NCBI GenBank assembly: GCA_016699595.1 | Contig: CP064982.1 | Span: 379,829 to 443,828 of the forward strand | Length of the DNA stretch: 64,000 bases | Origin: a bacterium | GTDB taxonomy: Bacteria; Patescibacteriota; Dojkabacteria; GCA-016699595 | Reading direction: 5' to 3' | Shown here: positions 46,637 through 57,395 of the stretch, piece after piece | Position numbering within the stretch: position 1 is the first letter of the stretch | Layout: each line of letters starts with the position of its first letter | The notes under the pieces: model-generated | Told to the model about the DNA's origin: nothing | Seen by the model: only the letters and a program-made list of their open reading frames with translations | Database searches by the model: none | Position numbers and translations under genes: made by a program

Positions 46637-48199
46637 TTATAATCCAGTCAATATACTTCCTCCAAACCCAGAAAAGGTTATTACAATAAGCACCAAGAAT
46701 AACTTGGTGAAATGTACCCCTGATTTGCTTCGACCAGTCTTCAAACCTCCAGAATAAACTATCGTCCCGTCAAGAAGAAAAATTACTACCAAAAACATTC
46801 CTACTAAAAGATTTACTCTGTTTTGAAAAGTGATATCTTGAACTCGCATTATTAAGTCCCTAAGATCCAATCCTATGCTTGACAAAATACCGGTAATATT
46901 TGTTTCATCTTCTAATTCAATCGAATTAATCATATTTAGCATTTTCTTTTCATACTCAAGGATTTTTGATTTCAAAACACTGTTTTCAAGTACGACTGTA
47001 TTTTGATTGCCAGCTGCATCAGAAAGTTTGATTTCCACATCGAATCCATTTTCCAGATCGTATGAGAACTGAAAATTATTGTCTAGCAATTCACCCAAAG
47101 GGTCATTATTTAGGGTAGCTGCAATCTTTTCAAGCTTCATATTATCACCAACTGGTACACGAATTGAATATATTGAGCAACTTTCACATCCATCTTTTGC
47201 GAAAACTTCAAGTTTAGCTAATTCTACAAATGGAATTGTTTTATCAAGTGAAAATGAAACTATATCTGATTTCTCTGATAGATTTCCTGCCTTATCAATT
47301 GCATCTGCAGAAATATTTACAACGCCTTCAACAAACTCCTCATGGAGATCATATATCCAAGTGCCATTTTCCGCTATAGATTCACCTAATTTTCTTTCAT
47401 CTTGATAAACTTGAACTTTTGATAATGCCTCAGCTGTGCCAATAATTGGGATATTTTCATTGTTTGTATATGTTCCTGGTATCGGAGAATTGATTCTCGG
47501 TTTATCAGGGGGAGTTGTATCTTTCACAATAACTGGTGCAATACTTGCAGTAGATTTCGTAGTTACATTTGTTTTGGATGTATTTTGAGATAATGGTTGA
47601 GGTTGTGTTACTACCACAGCATTTGCACTTGTGACTTGCGAACTTACAGTAGCAGATGTCACCGTTGTCTGAGAACCTGGTAATGCTCCAAACATTTGGA
47701 CAACCAAAGTAGTCTCTTCCCCAAGCAAAATGCCATCTTTTGCACAAATGCCTATATCTCTAAATTCGGGTTTCATTATATTTGCTTTATGTGAACTACT
47801 TCCCATCCAAGCATTAAATAATGCAGAATCCGAAGAAAAACCTTTGCCGAGATTTTCACCTGCATACAAATAATTATATCCAGCACCTCTTATAAACTGC
47901 CATGGGGTTTCTCCGTTTGGTCCGAAATGCGCCCAGTAATCTTTTGCAAACATATCATCAGCCTTTGCACAAGCTGCATTTGTCAAAGCTGAATTGTATG
48001 ACAGTGTAGCAAGTCCAGCATTACTTCTTGCTTGATTAGTCAATGAAATCAAGCCGTTTGGAGAAATATTTCCAGCATTTACACTAGGCAAACCTACCAA
48101 AGGAAATAGTAAGTTAAACAATACCAAAGATACTGTAATAGTATTTATAAACTTGTGTGAACTTATGAAAGATAATTTATGAGAAATCTTATTTAGCAT
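46637..48199 (-). CDS. Secreted/membrane-anchored CAP (SCP/PR1-like, YkwD-type) domain protein
   Basis: Signal/anchor then CAP domain (LTNQARSNAGLATLSYNSALTNAACAKADDMFAKDYWAHFGPNGE ... GENLGKGFSS ... SSSHKANIM), Ig-like middle region, C-terminal TM helices. Confidence 0.7.
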   Translation of the reverse strand: MLNKISHKLSFISSHKFINTITVSLVLFNLLFPLVGLPSVNAGNISPNGLISLTNQARSNAGLATLSYNSALTNAACAKADDMFAKDYWAHFGPNGETPWQFIRGAGYNYLYAGENLGKGFSSDSALFNAWMGSSSHKANIMKPEFRDIGICAKDGILLGEETTLVVQMFGALPGSQTTVTSATVSSQVTSANAVVVTQPQPLSQNTSKTNVTTKSTASIAPVIVKDTTPPDKPRINSPIPGTYTNNENIPIIGTAEALSKVQVYQDERKLGESIAENGTWIYDLHEEFVEGVVNISADAIDKAGNLSEKSDIVSFSLDKTIPFVELAKLEVFAKDGCESCSIYSIRVPVGDNMKLEKIAATLNNDPLGELLDNNFQFSYDLENGFDVEIKLSDAAGNQNTVVLENSVLKSKILEYEKKMLNMINSIELEDETNITGILSSIGLDLRDLIMRVQDITFQNRVNLLVGMFLVVIFLLDGTIVYSGGLKTGRSKSGVHFTKLFLVLIVITFSGFGGSILTGL

Positions 48200-48306
48200 A
48201 ATATATCAGTCTGATACTATATTTGACATTGATAATGTTGATTTATCTATATTAACAAATAATCTAGTTCATATCAATCTCTTGCAAATCCAGCTATAGA
48301 ACCTAT

Positions 48307-49020
48307 CTAGTTAGAAGCCTTTGCACTATCGAAGTTCCTCCATTTCTCGATTTCTTTATGATTTCCAGATAGTAGAATTTTTGGTACACTGAGGGTCTTC
48401 TTGTCCTTTGTTATGAATTTTTGTGGCCTTGTATATTGCGAATATTCATGGATACCCTTCTGTTGATCAGTTTCGTGCATTAGACTATTCGGATTTCCAA
48501 GTGATCCTGGTAACAATCTTGTTATACTATCAACTATCACAATGGTCGCAGCTTCTCCACCTGAAAGAATAAAATCACCTATAGAAACCTCCTCATCAAC
48601 AAAATTTTCTGATACTCTACTATCAACACCTTCATAATGACCACAAATTATGGTCAAAGTATCTAGTTTTGAATAGTCCATAGCTATAGTTTGGTGATAT
48701 TTCCGACCTTTAGGTGAAGTTAAAACGATCTTGTTTCTATCTCTATTTCGAAACTTCTTGACATCATTAACTGCATCAGGGTAAATACTGAGCAGAGCTT
48801 TATAGATTGGCTCTACCATGAGTATCATTCCTGGCCCGCCACCAAAAGGTCTCATGTCTATTGTTTGATGATTATCGTAAGTGAAGTCCCTTAGGTTCAA
48901 TATATTTATACTTAGTAATTCTTTTTTTTGAGCTCTACTAATAATTGATTCAGAAAAAAAAGAATCAAAGATCTTTGGAAATGCTGTGATTATATTAATC
49001 CTCATGTTTTCGTTTATCAT
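48307..49020 (-). CDS. trmD: tRNA (guanine37-N1)-methyltransferase
   Basis: RINIITAFPKIF and GGGPGMILMVEPI SPOUT/TrmD motifs. Confidence 0.85.
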   Translation of the reverse strand: MINENMRINIITAFPKIFDSFFSESIISRAQKKELLSINILNLRDFTYDNHQTIDMRPFGGGPGMILMVEPIYKALLSIYPDAVNDVKKFRNRDRNKIVLTSPKGRKYHQTIAMDYSKLDTLTIICGHYEGVDSRVSENFVDEEVSIGDFILSGGEAATIVIVDSITRLLPGSLGNPNSLMHETDQQKGIHEYSQYTRPQKFITKDKKTLSVPKILLSGNHKEIEKWRNFDSAKASN

Positions 49021-49630
49021 TCAACCACTTCCTATAATCACTTGGAGTTGAAAGTAATCCACTTAAGTATATCTTGATCGAGCGAGCGAATCTGCTTCTG
49101 AAAAATAAATATATAAACAAAATTATGGTCATAACTATTATTAAGTAAATTATCCTACTTTCTGTGAAAACATGGCCAAAAACTTTGAAAGAGTAAACAA
49201 GCAGCAAACCAAGCAAGGTAAAAAGGATAATGAATAAAGCAAGATTTGACATAAATTTCGTAGTAATTGCTTTCACTTCTTCTTGAGTAAGGCTTTTCAC
49301 TTTTTGAGCTACTTCCCTTTTTTGTTTTCTTTCCTGAGCAACATTTTGTTGATTGAATTGTGGTACCTGTTGAGAGGCATTTGAACTATTTGCTTGGATG
49401 TTTTGCAAAAACTGGGCTTGTTGTTTCAAGGCACCCCTATACTGTACAGGATTTTTTATATCAAAAATTGCAACATTCTCACCTTGTATTTCAAGATAAT
49501 ATTCATAAGTTCCATCAGTTGCGGTATACCCTACGCCCAAACATTCGTTACAAATTCCAGATCCAACTTTCCCAGTAGCATTACATGTTTGGCATTGTAA
49601 AATTTGTGGTTGTTGGCTTTGTGATGGCAT
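48995..49630 (-). CDS. Hypothetical protein with N-terminal CxxC zinc-ribbon and C-terminal TM helices
   Basis: CQTCNATGKVGSGICNECLGVGY (DnaJ-like CxxCxG repeats). Two C-terminal hydrophobic helices. Confidence 0.4.
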   Translation of the reverse strand: MPSQSQQPQILQCQTCNATGKVGSGICNECLGVGYTATDGTYEYYLEIQGENVAIFDIKNPVQYRGALKQQAQFLQNIQANSSNASQQVPQFNQQNVAQERKQKREVAQKVKSLTQEEVKAITTKFMSNLALFIILFTLLGLLLVYSFKVFGHVFTESRIIYLIIVMTIILFIYLFFRSRFARSIKIYLSGLLSTPSDYRKWLNDKRKHED

Positions 49631-49708
49631 GCTATATATATAACTTTTGCAACATTCCTAATAAAGTCATCAAGACAAGAATAATTATAATGTTAGCTAA
49701 ATATGAAA

Positions 49709-50275
49709 TTATGGTTTCCAAACTATATCTTCAAGACCTCCCAATAAATTTAGATATCTTGCGAGCGAGAAAAAGTAATCACTTAATCTATTTAAGAAAA
49801 TATTAAACTCTTCAATCTCAAAAGTATCTCCGTGTGCTATGAAGAAAATTTCAATTTCTCTTACTATAGTTCTTGTCAAATGTGCAAAACTTGCTATTTT
49901 GGTTCCACCTGGAAGGATAAAGTTTTTCAATTCAGAAGTTGATAAACTCATGTCATCTATCTGAATTTCCATATCAGTTGTAGTATATGAAATATTATCT
50001 ACTATGTTAGAATTAATAGCTTCTGAATTAGATCTAGCAATCTCTGTCCCAACTTCAAAAAGTAAGTTTTGAATCTGTCTTAACAATTTCACTTGCTTCA
50101 ACAAATTTTCTTTTGCAATATCAATCTCATCAAAGTTTGCGATATTCATACCAACATAAGCGTTTAGTTTATCAATTTGTCCAAGTAACCTTATCCTGAC
50201 ATCTAACTTGTCTACCCTTACTCCATTCAAAAGTGATGTTTGCCCTTTATCTCCAGTTTTTGTATATATTTTCAT
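49709..50275 (-). CDS. ATP:cob(I)alamin adenosyltransferase, PduO/MMAB type
   Basis: MKIYTKTGDKGQTSLLNGVRVDKLDVRIRLLGQIDKLNAYVG N-terminal signature. Confidence 0.75.
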   Translation of the reverse strand: MKIYTKTGDKGQTSLLNGVRVDKLDVRIRLLGQIDKLNAYVGMNIANFDEIDIAKENLLKQVKLLRQIQNLLFEVGTEIARSNSEAINSNIVDNISYTTTDMEIQIDDMSLSTSELKNFILPGGTKIASFAHLTRTIVREIEIFFIAHGDTFEIEEFNIFLNRLSDYFFSLARYLNLLGGLEDIVWKP

Positions 50276-50489
50276 GTAAGCATTAGATGATTTTAATATT
50301 CATATTTATTCAAAATCTAGCAAGTTTAACAAATATTGCTCTAGACTAAAAAATAATATAATTACTTATCGCTTTATTACATTTCAAGTAACAACAAAAA
50401 TAGTAACAAAGTGAAATGTATGTTTCAAGAGGTTTATTGGATTTAAATTCGTATCTAATCAACAATTTTAGATTTAATGGATCTTCTGT

Positions 50490-51461
50490 CTACTGTCTAA
50501 CAATATTTTTATTAGTCAATCCTTCGTGATCAGCTCTAATTCTTTTCATTTCAAAAACTCCATCTTTTTTTTCATACAAACCTGCTCTCGTAGTAACTGC
50601 ATACTTATAACCAGTTATGGGTAACAGTCTCAGAGTTGTCTCATTATACTTACCAGATGGATAACAAAATGATACAACTTCTATCCCTAGATTAGTTTCT
50701 ATTTCAGATTTACTTTTCAATAATTGTTCTTTTTGCAAACTCTCTGAAGTTTTTGATAAATCAGGATGAGAGATACTATGAGATCCTATTTCGACTAATC
50801 CTGATTCTGAAAGTTCACTTAAGTCTTCCCAAGTCATATAGCCATTTTGTCCAACCTTGTCAGTAATAATAAATATAGTGCTTTTGAACTTATACTTTTT
50901 CAATATAGGAAAAGCGTTTGTATAAAAGTCTTTGTATCCATCATCAAACGTCAAGACTACAGGATTATCTTCATTTGAAAAGGAATTCAACTCTTTCAAA
51001 AAGTATGATTTATAGTTACTGTTCACCAAATTTGATATATCGTTTTCAAAAGCAGATGTAGGAGTTGTCAGGTTATAACCAACTGGATCTGTTTTATAGT
51101 CATTTTTCTCATCATTTATGTAATGGTACATCACTATCGGAAACTTCAATTGTTCATCGGATCTTGAAGTGAATGTAATAGAACTACTTGTAACTTGAGT
51201 CAGACTGCTAGTTGAATTGTTTGACTGTACCTCAGGAGTATTGCTCACTTTCGTTGCGGCAGTTTTCGTTAGCGATAATGATAATGTAGAGACAAAATCC
51301 GATTGATGCGCATAGAAATCTTGATCCCAATTTAGTAACTGGATATTTTGAATCATAAAAAAGAGAAGCAAGAGAAATATCACTAAGTCAACAAACAGCA
51401 AGTAATAAATCATGTTCTTTGTGCTGAAATATCTTTTGAAATATTCAATAGCTTTGTTCAT
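50490..51461 (-). CDS. Polysaccharide deacetylase (NodB-homology/CE4), membrane-anchored
   Basis: N-terminal TM helix. VLTFDDGYKD (TFDDG), EIGSHSISHPDL His motif. Confidence 0.75.
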   Translation of the reverse strand: MNKAIEYFKRYFSTKNMIYYLLFVDLVIFLLLLFFMIQNIQLLNWDQDFYAHQSDFVSTLSLSLTKTAATKVSNTPEVQSNNSTSSLTQVTSSSITFTSRSDEQLKFPIVMYHYINDEKNDYKTDPVGYNLTTPTSAFENDISNLVNSNYKSYFLKELNSFSNEDNPVVLTFDDGYKDFYTNAFPILKKYKFKSTIFIITDKVGQNGYMTWEDLSELSESGLVEIGSHSISHPDLSKTSESLQKEQLLKSKSEIETNLGIEVVSFCYPSGKYNETTLRLLPITGYKYAVTTRAGLYEKKDGVFEMKRIRADHEGLTNKNIVRQ

Positions 51462-52069
51462 AGTATTAGACCTAGCAAAAAACCACCTATCAAACCACCT
51501 ATATGAGCAGAATTATCAATATTTGATATTGAAAAACCTATCACTAGATTCACAAGAATTATTACGATCAAATTATTATAGTCAATGTTTACATATCTTT
51601 TGAGCTTTCCTTTCATAATATTTCTTTTCTCAATGAATTTTTGAGAAAGAAGTAAACCCAGTAATCCAAATATGGCACCACTTGCACCAACAGAGAGACT
51701 ATTTGCATTCATAATTGTATTGACAAGATAACTTGCCGCCGAACCTGTGATACCTGAAAACAAGTAGACAATCATAAAGTTCCGTCTTCCAAATATTTTC
51801 TCTACAGTGCTACCAAGTATCTTCAATGAATACATATTTACCAAAAGATGTATGATATTTGCATGCAAAAACATTGAAGTAAAAAATCTCCAATACTCAT
51901 GCCCATACTTCATATATGAAGTAGCATTCCCACCAAAATCAACAAGAGCTTGAGTATTTGGCTGCAATCCTCGCGAGTACAAAAGCGTTAGTGCAAACAT
52001 CAAAATATTTATTGCGACAAGAACATCCGTCGCATCTAGAAGTTTGAGTTTATACTTGATATTATTCAT
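51458..52069 (-). CDS. Rhomboid-family intramembrane serine protease
   Basis: FLHANIIHLLVNM, GASGAIFGLLG (GxSG) and a downstream AHIGG His in TM helices. Confidence 0.8.
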   Translation of the reverse strand: MNNIKYKLKLLDATDVLVAINILMFALTLLYSRGLQPNTQALVDFGGNATSYMKYGHEYWRFFTSMFLHANIIHLLVNMYSLKILGSTVEKIFGRRNFMIVYLFSGITGSAASYLVNTIMNANSLSVGASGAIFGLLGLLLSQKFIEKRNIMKGKLKRYVNIDYNNLIVIILVNLVIGFSISNIDNSAHIGGLIGGFLLGLIL

Positions 52070-52159
52070 GATAAGTTCTGTTAAATATTTTGAAATGTAA
52101 CTTCACTTTCGTAATTTTATACTTGCACTGAATATAGTTGTATTATACTAAATCTTAGA

Positions 52160-52942
52160 ATGTATTTGTTGACAAAAATCTACAATACTTACAAACTACT
52201 AGCATTTGACTTCTTTGACTTCTTATTTCCTCCCGTTTGTGTCATTTGCAATAAAGTCGGATCCAAGATTTGTCCAGAGTGTAAGCAAAGTTTATTGAAC
52301 AAACAACAAAAGCACGAATGCCATGTATGCAAAAAGCTTTGTTTTGACATAATGCACAAAGATTGTAAGCATTTCTCACATCTTGACGGTTTGTTTGTAG
52401 GATATAAATACTCAAAAGCAATAGAACTTATTGTGCAGGATTTGAAGTATCACGGACATACACAAACTGCAAACACTATAGCTACTTTGATAAAAGAATC
52501 CGAACAAGGAAAGATTTTCGTTGATATTGTCAAAAACAACATCCCCAACGCCTTGTTTATACCGGTACCTTTGCATAAAAGAAAATTAAATTCCCGCGGA
52601 TTCAATCAAGCAAAACTTATTGTAGATGAATTGAGGAATCAAATTTTATCTCCATTTGACACACAAAAAGATTTGCAAAACATAGATCTAATTATCCGTA
52701 CCAAGAATACCAAAACCCAAGTTGGTATGAATAAATTAGAAAGGATAAAAAATCTTCAAGATGTTTTTGACCTTACATCAAATCAGAAAATTTGGAATTT
52801 TGTAATACTAATTGAAAACCCTACTTTTATCCTAGTTGATGATATATATACAACTGGAACAACTATGGAAGAATGTAGCAAAGTTATTAAGAAACATTTC
52901 AAGAATTCAAAAGTTTATGGACTTGTACTGGCTAGAGGATAA
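52160..52942 (+). CDS. comFC: ComF-family phosphoribosyltransferase (ComFC-like)
   Basis: N-terminal zinc finger CVICNKVGSKICPECKQ and PRTase motif ILVDDIYTTGTTMEE. Confidence 0.7.
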   Translation: MYLLTKIYNTYKLLAFDFFDFLFPPVCVICNKVGSKICPECKQSLLNKQQKHECHVCKKLCFDIMHKDCKHFSHLDGLFVGYKYSKAIELIVQDLKYHGHTQTANTIATLIKESEQGKIFVDIVKNNIPNALFIPVPLHKRKLNSRGFNQAKLIVDELRNQILSPFDTQKDLQNIDLIIRTKNTKTQVGMNKLERIKNLQDVFDLTSNQKIWNFVILIENPTFILVDDIYTTGTTMEECSKVIKKHFKNSKVYGLVLARG

Positions 52943-52945
52943 TAA

Positions 52946-53185
52946 CTATTCCTTGTTGAAAATCGAATTTAGTGGATTTGAATTATTTATTGCATCCAAA
53001 ATATCATTTGTATAATTCTGTAAAAAGATTGCACCGACATAAAATATTACAGACCAAGCCACAAGTGTTCCAATAATAGTAAGTACAGCTTTGATAAATG
53101 CATCTAACATTGACCTCTTGATAGAAGTTAGCTTGGATAATTTTTTATCTATACTTTGCAGAAGTTGAAATTGTTCGTCTGACAT
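52946..53185 (-). CDS. Small hypothetical membrane protein
   Basis: 79-aa ORF with one TM helix. Weak. Confidence 0.3.
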   Translation of the reverse strand: MSDEQFQLLQSIDKKLSKLTSIKRSMLDAFIKAVLTIIGTLVAWSVIFYVGAIFLQNYTNDILDAINNSNPLNSIFNKE

Positions 53186-53260
53186 AATGAATTATAAACT
53201 ATTTTCAATGAAAGTGTAATTTGTTATGCCAGTTTTTTAAGGATAAACAGTAAAAGAATG

Positions 53261-54523
53261 TTATTTTGCTTCTCTTCTTGTTAATGAATTAAGTCCAACA
53301 AGATTGACATATACTGATTCGCCTATTAACTTTGCGTTATTTGTTACTGAGTTTACTTCGTTTGGATTTGAAGAAATTACTTTCACTTTCTGACCAATTT
53401 GAATATCAAATTCCTTATAAACTTTTGTAATATCTACAGTCATTATATTCATTGAAATGTTACCAACAATAGGACATGCTTCACCTTGAACAAAAACAAA
53501 CCCTTTATTTGACAATCTTCTATCAATACCGTCATTATACCCAATTGGCAATGTTGCAATTACTGTATTCTTATCAGCTTTGTATTGAGAGTTGTAACCT
53601 ATTGGTTCGTCTTGCCAAACAAATTTGATTTGGGTTATACACGAATACAAGTCAAGAATAGGTGAAGTTATCTTTGAAACTAAGTTTATTGGTGAATAGC
53701 CATATAACAATAAGCCGACTCTATACGAATTCGAGATATCATAAGCTAGCTTCTTCTCAATTGCTGCACTTGCACCTATATGAAAGTACTTTATATCAAG
53801 ACACTCTTTCACAAATAAATCTTTTGCAAATGCGTAGTTTTTTATTTGCAAGTCAGTTGATTTGTCATTATTTTCATCTGCAGAGGAAAAGTGAGACATC
53901 AAGCCTACAATTTTTTGTTTTTCTGATTTTGTCAATGAATCCAAAAAGCTTTGCACCTCAAACATCTTGAGACCTTCTCTGTTCATACCAGTATCTACGA
54001 AAGCATGAAACTTGGCAGTTGGTTGAAATTTTGAAATTAGCTTTACTTGCGATTTACTCCAAACAGCATAATCAAATGGTAACTTTTTTATGTTGAGATT
54101 ATTTGGATCTACATAACCCATTATCAAGACTTTTTGCTGATTATTTATTTTGTATATTTCAAAAGCCTCCGCCAAACTATCTACACAAACATAGGTGTTT
54201 ATGACATAGGCTTGTAATTTTTTATAAGTATGAGTAATCCCATGACCATAGGCATTTGATTTCAAAACCGGGAAAACGATCTTTCCATCTAAATGATTTT
54301 GAATGTTTTTAAAGTTAGTTATTAGTTGCTCTGAGTTCAATTCTATTATATTTAATGACTTATAGTTATTTAAGTTAGGCAAAAAATCCAAGAGCTCATC
54401 AACAGACTTTCCAAATACTCTAGCAATTTTTGAAATAGTATCGTGAGGATTTGCAACTTGATTGTTTTCAAGTTTTATATTTATTTCTCGTAGAAGCTTC
54501 GTTATTTTTTGATCTTGAGGCAT
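53261..54523 (-). CDS. alr: Alanine racemase (with ~60-aa N-terminal extension)
   Basis: PLP-Lys motif FPVLKSNAYGHG. Fold-type III PLP enzyme length. Adjacent to ddl. Confidence 0.8.
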   Translation of the reverse strand: MPQDQKITKLLREINIKLENNQVANPHDTISKIARVFGKSVDELLDFLPNLNNYKSLNIIELNSEQLITNFKNIQNHLDGKIVFPVLKSNAYGHGITHTYKKLQAYVINTYVCVDSLAEAFEIYKINNQQKVLIMGYVDPNNLNIKKLPFDYAVWSKSQVKLISKFQPTAKFHAFVDTGMNREGLKMFEVQSFLDSLTKSEKQKIVGLMSHFSSADENNDKSTDLQIKNYAFAKDLFVKECLDIKYFHIGASAAIEKKLAYDISNSYRVGLLLYGYSPINLVSKITSPILDLYSCITQIKFVWQDEPIGYNSQYKADKNTVIATLPIGYNDGIDRRLSNKGFVFVQGEACPIVGNISMNIMTVDITKVYKEFDIQIGQKVKVISSNPNEVNSVTNNAKLIGESVYVNLVGLNSLTRREAK

Positions 54524-54531
54524 AAAGTTGG

Positions 54532-55560
54532 TTATAAACTATTCTCGATTAAAAAGGATATCAATTCCTTATAGGGCAATCCTATCACATCAGCTTCCTT
54601 AGGCAATAATGAGGTCACAGTAAGTCCTGGTAAAGTATTCGTTTCTAAATAATATAATTTGTTATTTTTGAGTATAAAATCTGATCTTGAGTACAACTTA
54701 CAATTTAGCTTCTTGTGTATTTGAGCTGATATGTTTGCGATTTCGTCTGACATCTCTTTTAAGATAGATACTGGAGGACAAAGTTCATCTGATCCGTCTG
54801 CTTTGTACTTTGAATTATAGTTAAAGAATTTTCCTAACTTCGGTCTAATTTCAACTGGTGGTAACTTAATAAATCTAGACTCTCTAGTCTCTAAAACTCC
54901 ACAAGTAAGTTCAATACCATTTATAAATTCTTCAATCAAAATTTTCTTTTCTAATCCATTTTGGAAATAATTTTCAACATCACGAATATTGTTGCATATT
55001 TTTACTCCAACCGAAGAGCCAGAATCATTTGGTTTTATAACAACAGGAAAACTTAAATTAGCTAACTGCAAAAAATCTTCAATTTCGTATATGTTTTCGC
55101 ACAATGCGGATTTGGGTATTTTCAAATTTGAAATAGAATTTTGGATGTCAGAATTTAAAATTACCCTTGATGATTGAAACTTGTTCATACAACGCTGTGA
55201 AGAAATTGAGTTTGAACCATTATATGCAATATTGTGCATTTCAAATAGTTTCTGAATCTGACCATCTTCGCCAAAACTTCCATGCAAGCATCCAATGAAA
55301 GCTAAATTGTAAGTTTTTATGACCTTAAGTAATTGCTCAAAACCGGTTCTTATCTCAGTACCAAATATCTCATCTGAAAAAATATTAAATAGCTTTGCTT
55401 TTAAGTCTCTTGTAATATATAAATAAGCTACATCAAACTTATCAGAATCTATTTCTTTGGAAATTGCTTTAGCAGACGAGATAGAAACATCGTGTTCATC
55501 TGATGGACCTCCAAATAAAATCAGAATTTTAGGTTTAGTTTGGTAATTTACATTATTCAT
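54532..55560 (-). CDS. ddl: D-alanine--D-alanine ligase
   Basis: ILILFGGPSDEHDVSISSA N-terminus and ATP-grasp C-terminal half. Confidence 0.85.
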   Translation of the reverse strand: MNNVNYQTKPKILILFGGPSDEHDVSISSAKAISKEIDSDKFDVAYLYITRDLKAKLFNIFSDEIFGTEIRTGFEQLLKVIKTYNLAFIGCLHGSFGEDGQIQKLFEMHNIAYNGSNSISSQRCMNKFQSSRVILNSDIQNSISNLKIPKSALCENIYEIEDFLQLANLSFPVVIKPNDSGSSVGVKICNNIRDVENYFQNGLEKKILIEEFINGIELTCGVLETRESRFIKLPPVEIRPKLGKFFNYNSKYKADGSDELCPPVSILKEMSDEIANISAQIHKKLNCKLYSRSDFILKNNKLYYLETNTLPGLTVTSLLPKEADVIGLPYKELISFLIENSL

Positions 55561-55594
55561 AAATTATATTTTGTAATCTATACTTTTAATACTT

Positions 55595-57340
55595 TTAGCA
55601 GGAACCTTTCACGTTTGAATTAATAATTCCTTGCTTTACAATTTTCAAACTAAGTTTTAAGTTTCCATTCCAAGTATCAATATCTAAATTAAATTTCAGG
55701 TCTATTTTATCACCTTGTTTAAATTTTGAATAATTACTATTTGCAAGATTGAATCCAATTGCAGAAAACTTATCAAAATATAGTTTCAAATGTTTACCAG
55801 AAATTGTTTCAATACTGTTAATCTTCAAATTTTTACAACTGAACTTCGGCTTTGAATTTCCCATTCCAAATGGTTCAAACAATTCCAATTCTTTTGCAAA
55901 TTCAAGAGTAATTTCATCTGCTTCAAGTTCTAGATCTATATTTTCTGGTTTAATTATAAGTTCATCACTTAGTTTTTCATTTACAAGTTTCAAAATTGCA
56001 TTTTGAAACTCATCTAGTTTATCATTTTCAATAGAAAGTCCCGCAGCTTGAGCATGACCTCCATAGCGAGTTAAAAAGGAACTAACTTCATTCAAAGTCT
56101 CAGTAATATTTAGGTGCTTCGTTGATCTACAACTTCCAACTGAGTCCAACTCTGACTTCGATAAAACTATAGTTGGTCTGAAATATTCCTCACAAAGTTT
56201 TCCCGCAACCAAACCTATAATTCCTTCTTCCCAATCTTCCCCAATTATAATCAAAATCTTATTATTATTTTTAACTTGAGGAGTTACTTGAGCTTTTGCT
56301 TCTTGAAGTCTAGTTTCAGTTATTTGCTGACGAGTTGAATTCAATGAGTTTAGATCAATTGCGATTTGTTTAGCAACTTTTAGGTCTAGCGTGGTGAAAA
56401 GTCTAACTGCATCAATTGCTGCAGTCAATCTTCCAGCAGCATTTATCCTTGGACCTAACTTGAAACCTAAATCATATGAACTAATGCTCTTCGTTTCAAC
56501 TCCAGAAACTTTGCAAAGCTCAAACAAACCTAAAAGCCCGCCTTGATAAGGAGGGATGCCGTAGGCAGGGAGGTTTAAAACATTCATATTTCTAATCTCC
56601 TCTAATCCAAATTTAACAATTTTTCTATTTTCATCAATCAATGGCATTATGTCGCAATTTGTCGCAAGCGCAACAAGTGGAAGATACTTTTGCCCGCCTT
56701 GGTAAGGAGGGACGCCGTAGGCAGGGAGGTTTAATCTTTCACCCATCGCTCTCACTAAGTACCAAACTACAGTAGTTCCAGAAATTTCTTGAAACTCTAG
56801 TTTTGAATCTTTCAATTTTGGATGAACTACAATTGCCTGTTTTGGTAATATTTCAGGAATTGTATGATGATCTGTAATTATAAACTCAAAGTAATCGTGC
56901 CATTTCTCATCAATCAATTTTGCATCTTTGATTCCACAATCCACGCTAATCAAAAGTGGTTTTTGGTTATTATTTAAATCTACATTTTGAACTTTAATTT
57001 TGTAAATATCATAAATATTTGTTAAGGAATTTTCAGAAAGACCATAACCTTCATCAAACCTTGAAGGAATATATGGATAAATCTGTTTGTAATTCAAGTC
57101 ATAATATATGAAATTGAATAGTGTTGAAGTTGCACAAACTCCATCTACATCAAAATCTCCATGTATGAAAATCCAACCTCCGGTTTGTATTTGAGATTGA
57201 ATTTTCTCAACTGCTTTTTCCATATTTGGAATTTTGAAAGGATTTTGGAATTCAAACTTTGGATTTACAAATTCTTCAACTTGAGATTCTGAAATATTTC
57301 GAACTTGAAGTAATTTTTTGAAAGTTGAGGTAAATTGCAT
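55595..57340 (-). CDS. recJ: Single-stranded-DNA-specific exonuclease RecJ (carries two in-frame 14-aa LNLPAYG(V/I)PPYQGG repeats)
   Basis: DHH motifs (HGDFDVDGVCATS, ITDHH) and DHHA1 region (GGHAQAAG). Confidence 0.85.
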   Translation of the reverse strand: MQFTSTFKKLLQVRNISESQVEEFVNPKFEFQNPFKIPNMEKAVEKIQSQIQTGGWIFIHGDFDVDGVCATSTLFNFIYYDLNYKQIYPYIPSRFDEGYGLSENSLTNIYDIYKIKVQNVDLNNNQKPLLISVDCGIKDAKLIDEKWHDYFEFIITDHHTIPEILPKQAIVVHPKLKDSKLEFQEISGTTVVWYLVRAMGERLNLPAYGVPPYQGGQKYLPLVALATNCDIMPLIDENRKIVKFGLEEIRNMNVLNLPAYGIPPYQGGLLGLFELCKVSGVETKSISSYDLGFKLGPRINAAGRLTAAIDAVRLFTTLDLKVAKQIAIDLNSLNSTRQQITETRLQEAKAQVTPQVKNNNKILIIIGEDWEEGIIGLVAGKLCEEYFRPTIVLSKSELDSVGSCRSTKHLNITETLNEVSSFLTRYGGHAQAAGLSIENDKLDEFQNAILKLVNEKLSDELIIKPENIDLELEADEITLEFAKELELFEPFGMGNSKPKFSCKNLKINSIETISGKHLKLYFDKFSAIGFNLANSNYSKFKQGDKIDLKFNLDIDTWNGNLKLSLKIVKQGIINSNVKGSC

Positions 57341-57395
57341 AACAAATTTTACTATATATCAAAACACAATTCTTTGTTTTTTAACTAAAAAATAC

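Noticed and set aside
56536-56735. CRISPR array
   Set aside because: There are only two copies of a 43-bp repeat, inside a coding sequence, with a conserved rather than variable spacer. No other regularly spaced short repeats occur in the window and no cas genes.
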